A stretch of DNA of 64,000 bases, taken from positions 2,054-66,053 of IMG/VR virus record IMGVR_UViG_3300021387_001390; one strand, written 5' to 3'. The stretch's first letter is position 1. Each line of letters begins with the position of its first letter. This stretch comes from a virus (Duplodnaviria > Caudoviricetes). Below, one piece after another: positions 45,557 through 56,460 of this stretch. The notes under the pieces were generated by a model. It ran no database searches and was not told where the DNA came from. It saw nothing but the letters and a program-made list of their open reading frames with translations. The position numbers and the translations under genes were made by a program.

Positions 45557-45727
45557 TTATGCACTGATTGTGCCGTCGGATATCTCATCTTCCTTAAAGT
45601 AAAGGGTAGTAGCCTTGTCATTAGCTATTACTTTTACCTGGTATACTGTTCCGGTCTCGTCTGTAGTTGCTGAAACTACCTTTGCTGAAATATTTACTGT
45701 CTGATCAACTTCATATTTAGCTCCCAT
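45557..45727 (-). CDS. Small hypothetical protein
   Basis: Start at 45727 after AAAGGAGG. Confidence 0.6.
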   Translation of the reverse strand: MGAKYEVDQTVNISAKVVSATTDETGTVYQVKVIANDKATTLYFKEDEISDGTISA

Positions 45728-45729
45728 GT

Positions 45730-45894
45730 TTACACCTCCTTTGTGCAAAAATGTTTATTGCAATATTCAATTAGCTTATCAGTAGGAATATCATCGAGAG
45801 ATGATACCTCAAAAATATTTAAGAGCTGCTGTTCTCGCAATTCCCTGTTAGTGGAAGCACGGAGAACTTGTTCCAACAATGTTTCTCTTTTCAT
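45730..45894 (-). CDS. 54-aa hypothetical protein (MKRETLLEQVLRAST...), not in the ORF track
   Basis: Fills the operon gap and ends in the SD of the next gene. Confidence 0.5.
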   Translation of the reverse strand: MKRETLLEQVLRASTNRELREQQLLNIFEVSSLDDIPTDKLIEYCNKHFCTKEV

Positions 45895-45898
45895 ACAT

Positions 45899-46264
45899 TT
45901 ATCCCTTTAGCTTATTGCTAGAATCCCACTCCCTATATAGCTTTATCCAATCATCCATACGCATACACACAAGTGTTTCCGCATTATTCTTTCTGAAAAA
46001 TACTGCTGGAAGATTACCTTTATTGTTCTCAGAACTGTCATGAATAGCCTGGGCCATCCAATCATAGATTTGTATTTTCTCTTGGTGCTTAGCCTCTATA
46101 TGAATACCGTCTAGACCTACAACATCACTTGCGTCACCAGTGTTTCCACAGTACTGTGCGGTACGCCTTGTATCATATCCATAATCTTTTAATTTAGACG
46201 CAAGCTCACGCTCATAACGTGCACCTTTCTGTTTACTATTTATTTTCCCCATGCAATACCTCAC
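45899..46264 (-). CDS. PD-(D/E)xK nuclease, Holliday junction resolvase-like
   Basis: NSKQKGARYERE...DVVG...IHIEAK. Confidence 0.75.
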   Translation of the reverse strand: MRYCMGKINSKQKGARYERELASKLKDYGYDTRRTAQYCGNTGDASDVVGLDGIHIEAKHQEKIQIYDWMAQAIHDSSENNKGNLPAVFFRKNNAETLVCMRMDDWIKLYREWDSSNKLKG

Positions 46265-46476
46265 AATTCATGACGTTTATACTTCTCGTACAGTTCTTGA
46301 GTTTCAGACTTAAAGAACACATAAACGGTATCTTGCTTATCTGCGCTCAAATACATATCACACGGCCATACACCATTCTGCATATACACAAAAGCCTGCT
46401 TTCGGTTTATGATTCTACAGACTTCATGAGGATAGTATTCCCTTAACTGAAACGCTGGTTTTACTTTTGGTTCCAT
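46261..46476 (-). CDS. Small conserved hypothetical protein
   Basis: 71 aa; QAFVYM.NG...VYVF.KSET.ELYEK. Confidence 0.65.
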   Translation of the reverse strand: MEPKVKPAFQLREYYPHEVCRIINRKQAFVYMQNGVWPCDMYLSADKQDTVYVFFKSETQELYEKYKRHEL

Positions 46477-46555
46477 TATTTCTCCTTTTAGTCATTGCAA
46501 AAAAAGGGACACCCGTTTTCTTAGGGTATCCCTTATAATAATCAAAATACCCAGT

Positions 46556-46942
46556 TTATCTACGTCCGCGCCTTTTGAATCGCTTACGTGATTGGCTTTC
46601 CATTTTATGCATGGGAATAACCGTTTCTGCCTTTTTGGCAGCGTCTGTTATAGAGGGTTCAACCCTCTGATTTTCTCCGAGTGCTCTAACAATACCAACC
46701 GCTTCATCAAGAACTTTTTGAATCGGTTCGGTATACTTCCCTGTGGTAGGATGTTCTGCAACATACTTTTGCACTGCAGCTTTGCCGACTCTTTTCATGT
46801 TATATGCCGAAACAATATTAAAAAGTCCCTTGCAAGGTTCGCTGCAAAATGTAACCATCCATTGCGGCTGATCTTTTTTCGCACAAGTAGGGCAGTACTC
46901 GTATTCCTTACCACAACATACGCACTTTCTTTTAACTGCCAT
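46556..46942 (-). CDS. Zinc-binding hypothetical protein
   Basis: CVCC...YCPTC...FCSEPC. Confidence 0.75.
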   Translation of the reverse strand: MAVKRKCVCCGKEYEYCPTCAKKDQPQWMVTFCSEPCKGLFNIVSAYNMKRVGKAAVQKYVAEHPTTGKYTEPIQKVLDEAVGIVRALGENQRVEPSITDAAKKAETVIPMHKMESQSRKRFKRRGRR

Positions 46943-47003
46943 TTACGTCACCTCGTTAAAACACCCCGAAGAGTAGACATCTTCGGGGTGTTTGATCACA
47001 TCA

Positions 47004-47837
47004 TCATGCTGATGGTTCTGCCTCTTCAAGTGTTGCAGGCTGCTTTGCATCATATTCATTAGAATCTTCAGCAATAGCGATGTAGAAGAGGATCTGCTCC
47101 TTAGCACAATAATCCTTGAATGCTGTAGCAGAGAATGGCTGTGCAGACTCTGTATCAACAGTCCAATCGAAATCAGGAGAGATCTGGAACTTAGGGAATA
47201 CAATATAGAATGCTCTTACAGTCTCAGAGTCACAAACATCTGAGCAAAGTACTCTAAATGTAGCCTTGCATTCCTTAGGGAAGTTTGTTGCGTCGTGATT
47301 AACTCTTGCGCCGCCCTTACCCTCAGCAATCTTGTACTCATACTTGATCTGTACATAATCAGTAGCATTTGTAGGAAGAGTGATCACATCATCTGCGATA
47401 GCGTAAGTATCTTCGCCAGCTACTGTTCCGAGCTCATACTTCTTAGATGTGTCAAGAACACCGTTATCAAGTGTTCCGTAAACCATAAGGGTTCCATCTA
47501 TAGGAACCTCAGGAAGCTTAAGAGCAGCTGATGACTTTGGAATCTGAAGGATTCTTGGAAGAACAACATCACTTCCTGAAAGCTTAGCTGTACCTGCCTG
47601 AATAGCTGAAAGGTCAAGGGAGAAGATAGCGTTTTCACCTGTTACCTCTGCCTGCTTAGCTGTATAGAATCTCTTAATAAGAGCGCCCTGAGCATCTGTT
47701 TTATCCTTTGTTGTTGAACTTACAGAAATTTGGAAGTTCTGAAGCTGATCAAGAACAGCAAGAACTGAGTTATCAGCCTTGGACTCAAACCATCCATCAA
47801 GGACACGATCAACTACCAACTGATCAAAATTAATCAT
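47004..47837 (-). CDS. Major tail (tube) protein
   Basis: 277 aa, strong SD, tail-tube-like composition and position. Confidence 0.7.
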   Translation of the reverse strand: MINFDQLVVDRVLDGWFESKADNSVLAVLDQLQNFQISVSSTTKDKTDAQGALIKRFYTAKQAEVTGENAIFSLDLSAIQAGTAKLSGSDVVLPRILQIPKSSAALKLPEVPIDGTLMVYGTLDNGVLDTSKKYELGTVAGEDTYAIADDVITLPTNATDYVQIKYEYKIAEGKGGARVNHDATNFPKECKATFRVLCSDVCDSETVRAFYIVFPKFQISPDFDWTVDTESAQPFSATAFKDYCAKEQILFYIAIAEDSNEYDAKQPATLEEAEPSA

Positions 47838-47875
47838 GATTTTTCTCCTTTCTTTTTATTGCATTAAAAAAGACG

Positions 47876-48685
47876 CTATTTGCTAGCGCCTGCTTTTTGA
47901 ATCGCCTTGGAATCACCCTTAAAGAGTTTCTTTCCTTGACGTTTGCTATATTTATCTTCAGAATAAACCCACTGGAAATCTATCTGAGGAATCTTTGATG
48001 TATCGCAGAATCCTGACATGCTGCCCTGCAATAATGCACATGCTGCTTTCTTTCCCTGAATTTGAACCAAAGATTTGGTAAACTGAAAGAGTGTGATATC
48101 CCATATCGTATGATAGTTATACTTAAACTCTTCAGTATTTACCAACGAAATAATCCCATTAAAGAGCACTGACTCATATTCTTTCTTTTGTCTAGCATTA
48201 CGAGCACGTTTTTTTCTATCGTCTTCAATGAGAAGTTTTCTTGTTGTTTCATTTCCAGCTTTCTTGCCGGAATGCTCAAAGCCAATCATGGCTCTGATGT
48301 ACTGTATGAAATTTTTATATATTTTCTCATCTATTATCAGTTCGCCATCACAAAGAACTATGTCCGTAACTCCATCCGGCTGAGTTCGCTTCATCAATTT
48401 GAACTTAGTAAAATCTAAGTCGCCAAAGATAAGTTTTGTCTGTTCAGGTCTAAGCCCAATTACAAGACTTTGGAACAATTCCCACTCAGAAATCTTCATG
48501 AAATTTATACCGGCATCATCCAAGACCGATGGCATATCCCATGGAGATGAACACATAGTCCAAAAGGTATTATAGAATGATTCCTCTCCATAATCCCTTA
48601 TTTCCCCAAGTGTAGGCTGCAGGATGGTCAGTCCATCACAGATAGTGATCGGATTACCACTTATCAACATCAACTTATCAATCAT
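47876..48685 (-). CDS. Tail morphogenesis protein
   Basis: 269 aa between the neck genes and the tail tube. Confidence 0.6.
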   Translation of the reverse strand: MIDKLMLISGNPITICDGLTILQPTLGEIRDYGEESFYNTFWTMCSSPWDMPSVLDDAGINFMKISEWELFQSLVIGLRPEQTKLIFGDLDFTKFKLMKRTQPDGVTDIVLCDGELIIDEKIYKNFIQYIRAMIGFEHSGKKAGNETTRKLLIEDDRKKRARNARQKKEYESVLFNGIISLVNTEEFKYNYHTIWDITLFQFTKSLVQIQGKKAACALLQGSMSGFCDTSKIPQIDFQWVYSEDKYSKRQGKKLFKGDSKAIQKAGASK

Positions 48686-49254
48686 GATCTAAATCCTGTC
48701 CGCAGACCTGTCACACGGCTATCATTAGTAATTGAGTTTGTTGTTATCTGAGCAAACACTAGAGTTCTTGTGGCATAATCATTATCTGTTACCGAAGGTT
48801 TATTAGACATCAGTTTTAGTTGTGTTCCGAAATCATTACATCCCTGGAACATATTTATTATTTCTGCCGCTATAATATCGTGTCTTGGAGAACTAAGCTC
48901 CTTAACATTGATATCTGTTTTATAGCAGAGAATATAGAAAATTATCTGCTGTATTTTCATCACTGAATTTCCTCTTGAAACATTTTCAAAAGACGTTTCA
49001 AAACAGATAAAATTCTGCACATTAGTCTGAGTTGGAGCAATGATATAATAAGGAAGTATATTTATCCCTAAATATTCATCTGCTGCAGCATCTTCCACTT
49101 CGAGTTCTTTGTTGTGGAGAAGATAGATGAGTTTGTGATTCTCAAGAAGTTTTTTCTTGATTATCTGTTTGTATCTGACATCATCCTCATCAGGTTCGTT
49201 ACGATACCTACGGAGTTCTGCCAGTTCTTGATCTGTCAGTTTCATAAGCATCAC
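48682..49254 (-). CDS. Tail terminator-like protein
   Basis: 190 aa; position; RHDIIAAEII..FQ...YATRTLVF. Confidence 0.55.
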   Translation of the reverse strand: MMLMKLTDQELAELRRYRNEPDEDDVRYKQIIKKKLLENHKLIYLLHNKELEVEDAAADEYLGINILPYYIIAPTQTNVQNFICFETSFENVSRGNSVMKIQQIIFYILCYKTDINVKELSSPRHDIIAAEIINMFQGCNDFGTQLKLMSNKPSVTDNDYATRTLVFAQITTNSITNDSRVTGLRTGFRS

Positions 49255-51722
49255 GCTCCTGTTATTAAGATATCAACGCTAGATACAATTCCGGTGTTAG
49301 AAGAGTACTCGACTTTCAAGGTCTTACCCATATAATCTTCACTGCCTGTGAATCTCACTTTAATCTGATTTTGTTCCACATCTGTGGTATCAGTCTGTAC
49401 AAGTGAAGACGCATCCACACCGTCTATGGTAAAGGTCCACTGACCAAGTCTATGATCAATTACCTTATCACCATCATAGAAGATTACTGTGAATTTCTTA
49501 TAACTACCACCAGCCTTTATATTTGGCTTACCCACATACTGAACCTCAGAATGGATATCTTCCTTAACCGGTTTTTCATCTGATGGGACAACACCATCAT
49601 CGGTATAGTAGTCTGCCCACATGCCAATAATAGTAGTAGGATCACTTGCATCTTCATATTCGACGTAATCCGTATGAGCATTGAACTTATCTTGTGCCAA
49701 TGTAACAAGAAGAACTCCATTGGAATTTATCCTGTTAACCTTTGACACCTTCCAAGCTCTAGGCTCATTTCCAGAATTAACGTCTATTTTGTTGTCAATG
49801 ATCATTCGTTGGTTATAGAATATCTGCTCAGACAGACTGTTCATTGGAACAATAAACTTCTGCTGATCCTCTACAGATTCTACCTTGTAATCCGTCCAGA
49901 GTCCAGAATTATCAATAGTGTTGTTAGCAGCTCGTTAGACTGCTAAAGAATTATCTATACCATAGTATTCCAAATAACGGTTGTATTTACGTTCAAGATG
50001 TATAGTAGAACCTTCATATAGCCAATCTAAGAATTTTTTCACTAGATTGCGACCACTTAAGGTATATACCTTTGTTATCCCATTTTTGCATGAAGCTTCG
50101 TATATCCCTCCTTTTACACCGATACTTTCATATACTATCTTTTGCATGCCTTCACAGAATTCTTTAGTGCATGTCATAGTTACTGTTATCGGCTGATTAT
50201 TAGGATTACGATAAAAACGATAGATACTTCCATCTCCATCATAGACACCCCTAATAAAATGACGTACAAGATTTTTATCAAGAGTGGTAGGAAATGTAAG
50301 TTTCAAACTTTTGTTTGGAATTACTCCTTGTTTAATCAAATCATCGCATAAAATTCTGCTGAAGCATAGGAGCCTATACTGATTTTTATAGTGATATCCA
50401 AAATCATGTTTATTAGAATAATCTATATATTCTAATGGCTTAGTGCTTTTCATTACGAGATTAATTTTTTCGAGTAATTCTTTGTCTCCCTCCTGCATAG
50501 AAATTGAGATAGTTCCCTTTTTCGGATTGTTTGAACCATCCGAATAAAAGATGCCTAAAACGTAAGCTTTTTCAGGTGTGTCAATATTTTCAAAGAAATG
50601 TTCGTCAACTACATATTTACGGACAAACTTCTTTTGTTCAACGTCTATCCCATTAGCATGGAGTACCTTTAAGATTGGTTTATGTGTTGTTCCATATATC
50701 TTTCCAATCTTAACAGAAGACACACCATTGTTATACAAATCAATTATTTCCGCTACTTGTTCAGCAGTAAATACAATTTCGTTATAGTTTGGTTTACCAT
50801 TCTTATACATTGTTAATCTCCCTAAAAATAACAATAAAGTAAAGACAGTAATCACAATGTTAGGGCATTGTGAAAGAGGAGCTACCTCATGTCCTGTCTT
50901 TGCTATCACAGTATAAATATTTTCTCTCTGTTTTTCAACAGACGTTCAGAGTACATCAACACCATATCTTTCGACTTAGGTGGATCCCGTTAAGGTCACT
51001 TGACCGTATACTCGTTGAGCACATCCCTGTTCAGGACTTCGCTGCGTCGATTATCCAATCCAATAACTTTTTAGAGCATTCACGCTTGAGTTTATTTCAT
51101 CTCTACGTTGTAGCATATTGGCTCTTAGGAACTTCCCGCAATTAGAGATCTTTCGACATAGAGTTTCCCCTATGAAGCGCATAATCTACGAATTCTGGCT
51201 TCTTAAGCATCCTGCCATTTTGTTCTTTTTGCCCTTGTAAATCCAATCAATGATTTTGTCACAAGGAAGAACTTCGAATGTAGGAAACTGAGATACGTGG
51301 TAATTTGCAGTTCTTACTATCAACCAACGATTATAGATACCATCGTCATCAGGAATATCTACGTATAGACCTACAGGCCAAGTGGCCTCGTACCGCTTTC
51401 CAAAGAAAGCAGGGTAGTAGTCTACATTCATTTCCTGACTAGGCTTCATCTGAATATGGTTGGTAACCGTATCCTTGTCCATGGTCTGAGAAGAGCTTTT
51501 TCTCCACTTCAGACTTATTGCAACTTTCTTGGAGTCGTTCACCGGATCTAGGTTTGTTAGTTGAGTTCTGTGGTCATCATGCCAGTAATCATAGAGATAA
51601 CAAACACGAGTGTTTATATCACTATCCCATGTGGCTTCCATGACCATATCTGACTCCTTTTTGTGAGCCTCGCCAATACTTGTTGCCCCGTTCATCTTTT
51701 TATATAAATCAAAGGAAGGCAT
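49251..51722 (-). CDS. Head-closure/neck protein, 398 aa after splicing: join(51722-51188, 49912-49251)
   Basis: ...RSQNS T|AT AAT TCT GGA gives in-frame SQNSYNSGLWTDYK..., which runs into ORF 49251..49844. Confidence 0.8.
49913..51187 (-). mobile_element. Group I intron (1275 nt) with a LAGLIDADG ORF
   Basis: 5' exon ends in U; core TAATTGCGGGAAG...GACGCAGCGAAG; P7 GAGTA/TACTC; terminal G; removal restores the frame. Confidence 0.88.
49935..50810 (-). CDS. Intron-encoded two-motif LAGLIDADG homing endonuclease with an N-terminal HTH
   Basis: AYVLGIFYSDGS and FIRGVYDGDGS; start reassigned to 50810 after GGGAG. Confidence 0.88.
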   Translation of the reverse strand: MYKNGKPNYNEIVFTAEQVAEIIDLYNNGVSSVKIGKIYGTTHKPILKVLHANGIDVEQKKFVRKYVVDEHFFENIDTPEKAYVLGIFYSDGSNNPKKGTISISMQEGDKELLEKINLVMKSTKPLEYIDYSNKHDFGYHYKNQYRLLCFSRILCDDLIKQGVIPNKSLKLTFPTTLDKNLVRHFIRGVYDGDGSIYRFYRNPNNQPITVTMTCTKEFCEGMQKIVYESIGVKGGIYEASCKNGITKVYTLSGRNLVKKFLDWLYEGSTIHLERKYNRYLEYYGIDNSLAV

Positions 51723-51724
51723 AA

Positions 51725-52078
51725 TTACACCTCCTTGATGGCAAGAACCGCATGACCTGCATCCAGGATTAGTTTACGATATACCGGCCATTGAAATTCT
51801 TCGGCGCCTTTAGAGTATTCCTGATAAGCTGCATTAAGCATAACCATTACCGTTACAAACTCCTCCGGATAACCAAGCAAATCATTTAAACTACCATATG
51901 TTCTAAGAACATTTTGGATGGCATCATTTACGTCTATGCCTTTATATTTCTTTGCAGTTTTTGTTTTTGGGTCTACAATTCTGAGAAGAAAGAAAATTTG
52001 CTTTCGCATTTTTTTTTTAATTTCCTTGATCTGCAACCCTGTAAAATCTCCGTAAGTGTAATGAAGTGCGTCTTCCAT
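51725..52078 (-). CDS. Hypothetical neck-region protein
   Basis: 117 aa with SD. Confidence 0.7.
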   Translation of the reverse strand: MEDALHYTYGDFTGLQIKEIKKKMRKQIFFLLRIVDPKTKTAKKYKGIDVNDAIQNVLRTYGSLNDLLGYPEEFVTVMVMLNAAYQEYSKGAEEFQWPVYRKLILDAGHAVLAIKEV

Positions 52079-52079
52079 A

Positions 52080-52535
52080 TCAACCTCCTAAATAGGAGTT
52101 GTGAATCCACCCTCTATCCTGTACGAATGATCTTGCTTTCTTATAAGCACTGTCTTGAAGATTCTGAAGCTCAGCCATGTGAGCCTGCTGAGAATAGAAT
52201 TTTTGTTCAGAGCCACCAAAGAACTGCGCTGCGTTAACAATGCTGTTCACTTTGTTGCTCCACCATTCATAAACCATCCACTGTGTAATAGCATTCGCAA
52301 CAAAGTCAGTTTCATCTTTTGTCGTTTCGTATGCCATCTTATATGTGAATGTTTGAGCAGTATCATCAAGAGCAGAAGTTTCAAAAAGATGACTTAAATA
52401 CGACGCAGAAAGTGCCTTATGAAGGTATTCTGTCATTATCGCATTTGCATCAACCTCACTTAAAGAAGCAAGTTCATGATCCTTTATACTGCTAAGAAAC
52501 ATACTAAAGATTTTCTCATAGTTTATAGAGGCCAT
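52080..52535 (-). CDS. Head-tail adaptor-like protein
   Basis: 151 aa, helical; FYSQQAHMAEL motif; position after the capsid. Confidence 0.6.
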   Translation of the reverse strand: MASINYEKIFSMFLSSIKDHELASLSEVDANAIMTEYLHKALSASYLSHLFETSALDDTAQTFTYKMAYETTKDETDFVANAITQWMVYEWWSNKVNSIVNAAQFFGGSEQKFYSQQAHMAELQNLQDSAYKKARSFVQDRGWIHNSYLGG

Positions 52536-52547
52536 GATTACCTCCCA

Positions 52548-53096
52548 TCATTTCATCAAGCTTGAAAGAAACTCCATATCAGTATCAAAGATCTCATCGA
52601 GCGCCTTGATCTTTTTAACAGAGTCAATGACCCCGCTTTTAACCATGCTTGCTGCAATAGACCTTACCGATTCCTTAGCTCCCGATGGAAGCTCTGAAAT
52701 TCTTTTCGCCATCTGATTTATCGGAAGTTCTATGATTTCTCTCAGATCCTTTACACTAAGATACTGAGCATAGAACTGCTTGAGCTGCGGAAATTCCTCG
52801 ATGAAGTCCTCGTCTTCAATAATGAGCCATGGCGCAAAAACAAAGTTTGATTTAACCCTGATTTCTGCAACAAGATCACGATATTCAACCTCTGACTCAT
52901 CACCGTATTCATTCCACTGATACAGCTGTTTTGTTTTGGAGCCCTCCATGAAGAGGCCGCCGGTAACAACAGAACGACACAGAATAAGATCTGTTTGCTG
53001 AAACTTCTTTTTCTCTTTTTTTACAGGCTCCTGTTCAATCTGTTCATTGCTCTCATTTAATTTTTCCGCTAAATCATCCATTTTTGTTCTTGGCAT
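52548..53096 (-). CDS. Hypothetical head-region protein
   Basis: 182 aa. Confidence 0.75.
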   Translation of the reverse strand: MPRTKMDDLAEKLNESNEQIEQEPVKKEKKKFQQTDLILCRSVVTGGLFMEGSKTKQLYQWNEYGDESEVEYRDLVAEIRVKSNFVFAPWLIIEDEDFIEEFPQLKQFYAQYLSVKDLREIIELPINQMAKRISELPSGAKESVRSIAASMVKSGVIDSVKKIKALDEIFDTDMEFLSSLMK

Positions 53097-53171
53097 TTCT
53101 ATTTCTCCTTTTAGTCATCAAATAAAAAGAGGGCAGTTATCCCACCCTCTTTTTTGCAGCGCTTATTTTTA

Positions 53172-54281
53172 TTACCATGTCCATTGGCCAAACTGATGTC
53201 CAATAACTACACCAACGCCGAAACGTCTCTGTACTTCATAAGACATAAGATCTGAAGAGTACTTCTCATCAGGTTCTGTATGAACAAACTCAACAGTTCC
53301 TTCGTCGATGAGCTTAACAAACTTTCCGGAATTTCCAATAATAGGAATGATAAGGAGTTTCTTATCGCTGAATACCTTGTTTGTAAAAGTTCTATCTTCG
53401 AATCTGTTAGGGATCTCAACAAGCTTGTTGCCCTCATAAAGGCCCATTCTTCCTGTATTGTATACAGCATCCTTTGCGAGGTTAGAGATCCAGTTTACAT
53501 CTCCGAGATCATTAAGCTTCTGAAGGGCTGTCTTTGTACCCATGATAACAACCTCTGCGCCGTTGTTAGCATCGCTAACGTTGGCGATGATTGTATCAAA
53601 AGCTGTCTTTGTTGCAGCTGAAAGAGTACCATGATTAACAAAGCCTGTACCACCAACAGGAAGCAGAGTAGCTGCAGTATCAACTGCGCTGTAAACTTCA
53701 CCCTGAATCTTTTTCATGAATGCAATTGCGATTGCATTAACAAGCTTTGCCCAGTCTTCCTGGCCAACAAAGAAACGATTGATATCTGCACCCACCTTAA
53801 CTACATAGAGATCAGGTGTAAGAGAGATTGTTCTGCCCTTTCCAAGTCTCTGCAATGGATGTGTGTGATGTGAAACACCTGCCTTTGCAACTGCAAGGAT
53901 AGAATCTGTATCAATATAGAAATCCTGACGATCAAAGTAATTAAGTGTCTTGCTTTCTACCAGATCATTGAACCATTCAGAAGCCTGAATGCCGGTGTCA
54001 ACAACATTGTCAACGGTATCCTCGATAACACGGAACCATTCCTTACCATGATCCTCAAAACCACGTCTGAATGACTTAATATCTGCCTTATCCTCGACAC
54101 CGATAATACTCAAAGAGAACTTACGAACCATTTCATTTGCCTCAGCCTTTGAAATAGTCTTATCTCCGTATATAATCTCACGTCCAAGAGCAAGGTCTGT
54201 CATAAGATTTGTCATTCTCTCATGATCTGTTTTGTAATCTGAGAATACAGTCATGACATGTGAACTAAAATTCTTTTTCAT
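53172..54281 (-). CDS. Major capsid protein
   Basis: 369 aa, strong SD, follows protease and decoration genes, followed by a terminator at 53126-53154. Confidence 0.75.
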   Translation of the reverse strand: MKKNFSSHVMTVFSDYKTDHERMTNLMTDLALGREIIYGDKTISKAEANEMVRKFSLSIIGVEDKADIKSFRRGFEDHGKEWFRVIEDTVDNVVDTGIQASEWFNDLVESKTLNYFDRQDFYIDTDSILAVAKAGVSHHTHPLQRLGKGRTISLTPDLYVVKVGADINRFFVGQEDWAKLVNAIAIAFMKKIQGEVYSAVDTAATLLPVGGTGFVNHGTLSAATKTAFDTIIANVSDANNGAEVVIMGTKTALQKLNDLGDVNWISNLAKDAVYNTGRMGLYEGNKLVEIPNRFEDRTFTNKVFSDKKLLIIPIIGNSGKFVKLIDEGTVEFVHTEPDEKYSSDLMSYEVQRRFGVGVVIGHQFGQWTW

Positions 54282-54310
54282 AGTTAATTTCTTCTCCTTT
54301 CGTAAGATTT

Positions 54311-54784
54311 TTACTGAATTACAAACTTGCCAGCGTTATACTTGGCCGTCTTTCCTGCTGCAATAGTTCCTGTAAATGCAAGATCACTGAGTGAGAACAG
54401 GTCTCCAATAAGAAGAGGAGCACCCTGAACAACTTCTCCTGACTTGTTATAGAAAAGTGATTCATCTTGAAGTTCCTTTTCTTCATACTCACTAACAGGT
54501 GAGTTATAAAGATAAAGGACCTCTTCATCAGGAAGCTCTGTAACTTCTACAACCCAGTTACCATCAGCACCTTTTTCTCTTACATATACTGTTACATCAT
54601 CATCAGTAACAGCTGCCTGCTCATAGTTATCAAATGGTACGTAATCTCCACGTGTTGAAAGCGTTCCATTATCTGTATCTGCTGTAAGCACGATATTATA
54701 TACACGATGGAAAGTACCCATCATAGATGAAATAAGTGTAGGGAAACTAACAACGTGGCTGCCCTTACGGATATCAATTGCCAT
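54311..54784 (-). CDS. Capsid decoration/cement protein
   Basis: 157 aa between protease/scaffold and MCP. Confidence 0.55.
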   Translation of the reverse strand: MAIDIRKGSHVVSFPTLISSMMGTFHRVYNIVLTADTDNGTLSTRGDYVPFDNYEQAAVTDDDVTVYVREKGADGNWVVEVTELPDEEVLYLYNSPVSEYEEKELQDESLFYNKSGEVVQGAPLLIGDLFSLSDLAFTGTIAAGKTAKYNAGKFVIQ

Positions 54785-54845
54785 GATATATTTCTCCTTT
54801 CAATTTTTTGCAATAAAAAAGACGCATTGCTGCGCCTTATATCTT

Positions 54846-56459
54846 TTATTTGTTTATATCAAAAATCCCGCCATATCTGCTGGACTTTGATTCCGGTTCT
54901 CCAAAACCAAATCTCTTAGAATTGGAGCCAGCATGTTCCTGCTGAACATTTTCTCTTGAATCCTTCTTTGCATACTGAAGAAGAATGCCATCAAGTTTCT
55001 GAGTAAGATCTTCCATTGAGAGTGAGAAATAGTTTTCTCTCTTTGAGAGCTCTGTAAACTCAGCAGTATTCTTGATCTTTGAATAATCATCATTGTCAAG
55101 AAGCTTAATCTTATCAGGCTCAGCCTTAAATAGATCAAGTTCTTTTGTCGCCTCAGCAAGTTTTGCACCTACTTCTTCAAACTCTTTGGTCTGAGCATCA
55201 AACTTAGACTTAAGGTCATCAAGGGCTGCAATTTCTTCCTCTGTCAGATAGCGCACAAAGATCTCTGTTCGCTCACCCTTAAGGGTAAGTTCGCCGTCCT
55301 TGTTACCGTATTTCTGTTTGAAGTGTTTGCCATTCCACCAGTCATGCATGTAAACTGTGTGATCATCAAATACTTCAACATCATACCATGTGTTATCCTC
55401 TGCACCGTATTGAGCATTAACAAGTTCAGAAATGGCTCTAATCTGCTCATTGAGGGATTTTACAAAGTTCTTTGATGCTCCCTTATAGGCAACAGTAAAC
55501 TCTACATTCTCAGTCTGAGGCTCTCCACCTTCAGGAGTAGGAGCTTCCTCAAATGCTTCAGCAAATGCAGCATCCAATTCCTCATCTGACAATCCTTCGT
55601 ATGCGAAAGTAATTTCTTCAACTTTCTTTCCATACTTCTGAAGTAACTCTTCAAAATGATTCATTTGATTGTTTTCCTCCTTCCTTTGGTTATTTATATC
55701 CTGGAGAGTCTTTCCGACTACATCCTTGATAACGTTTGTAAGCTCATCCATATTAAATAAACTGTTATTCTTCTTGCTGAAGTCAGCAATATCAAGACGG
55801 GCACCTTTCATTCCTTCTTCTACGGATTCTGTCCCCGGATCAGCACCTTCTTCATATACTCCTAAAAGTGTAAGACCTGACACTTCAATATCCTCTAACA
55901 GAAGGAGGTCCTCATTTTCATCATATGAAAACTTGTTGACAATCAGCTCCACAGATACTTTTGTACCGCCTTTGCGTTCAATAATATCTGCCGCATGAGT
56001 ATATTCTCTAGGAATAGCAGCAGTAGCAAAAATCCAATTTTTGTTTTCATCTTCTTCATCAGGTTCAATCCAAGGTTCATCCTCAGTAAAATTTCCAACC
56101 TGACGTTCAATGTAAACGACATTACCATCAGCATCCTGCTCAATCTCATGCGCCATAAAGTCCTCATCGCCGTTTTTGTCTGTTGTGAAAGCAGCAAGAA
56201 TAGGCTTGTTTGCAAATGTGGACTTTGACTTTTCCATAGCTTCTTCAGTAACCGCAGAATCATTTCTGTTTCTGTTTGTATGAAAAGCTTTAATTGTGGC
56301 ATACATTAGAAGAGAATCTTTTTCTTCCTTTTTCTTAAACATTGCCGGCATGGAAACACAAAGCGGCTCACCGTTGTTATCTGCCTTACTAAAAGAATAT
56401 AGCTTACGTTCTCTGCAAAACTTTGCGAGGTCTTCAAGTGTTAAGATTTTTCTCTTCAC
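54846..56459 (-). CDS. Prohead protease-scaffold fusion
   Basis: HTNRNRN...KPILA...VSVEL...SGLTLLG N-terminal domain, acidic coiled C-terminal half. Confidence 0.65.
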   Translation of the reverse strand: MKRKILTLEDLAKFCRERKLYSFSKADNNGEPLCVSMPAMFKKKEEKDSLLMYATIKAFHTNRNRNDSAVTEEAMEKSKSTFANKPILAAFTTDKNGDEDFMAHEIEQDADGNVVYIERQVGNFTEDEPWIEPDEEDENKNWIFATAAIPREYTHAADIIERKGGTKVSVELIVNKFSYDENEDLLLLEDIEVSGLTLLGVYEEGADPGTESVEEGMKGARLDIADFSKKNNSLFNMDELTNVIKDVVGKTLQDINNQRKEENNQMNHFEELLQKYGKKVEEITFAYEGLSDEELDAAFAEAFEEAPTPEGGEPQTENVEFTVAYKGASKNFVKSLNEQIRAISELVNAQYGAEDNTWYDVEVFDDHTVYMHDWWNGKHFKQKYGNKDGELTLKGERTEIFVRYLTEEEIAALDDLKSKFDAQTKEFEEVGAKLAEATKELDLFKAEPDKIKLLDNDDYSKIKNTAEFTELSKRENYFSLSMEDLTQKLDGILLQYAKKDSRENVQQEHAGSNSKRFGFGEPESKSSRYGGIFDINK

Positions 56460-56460
56460 A

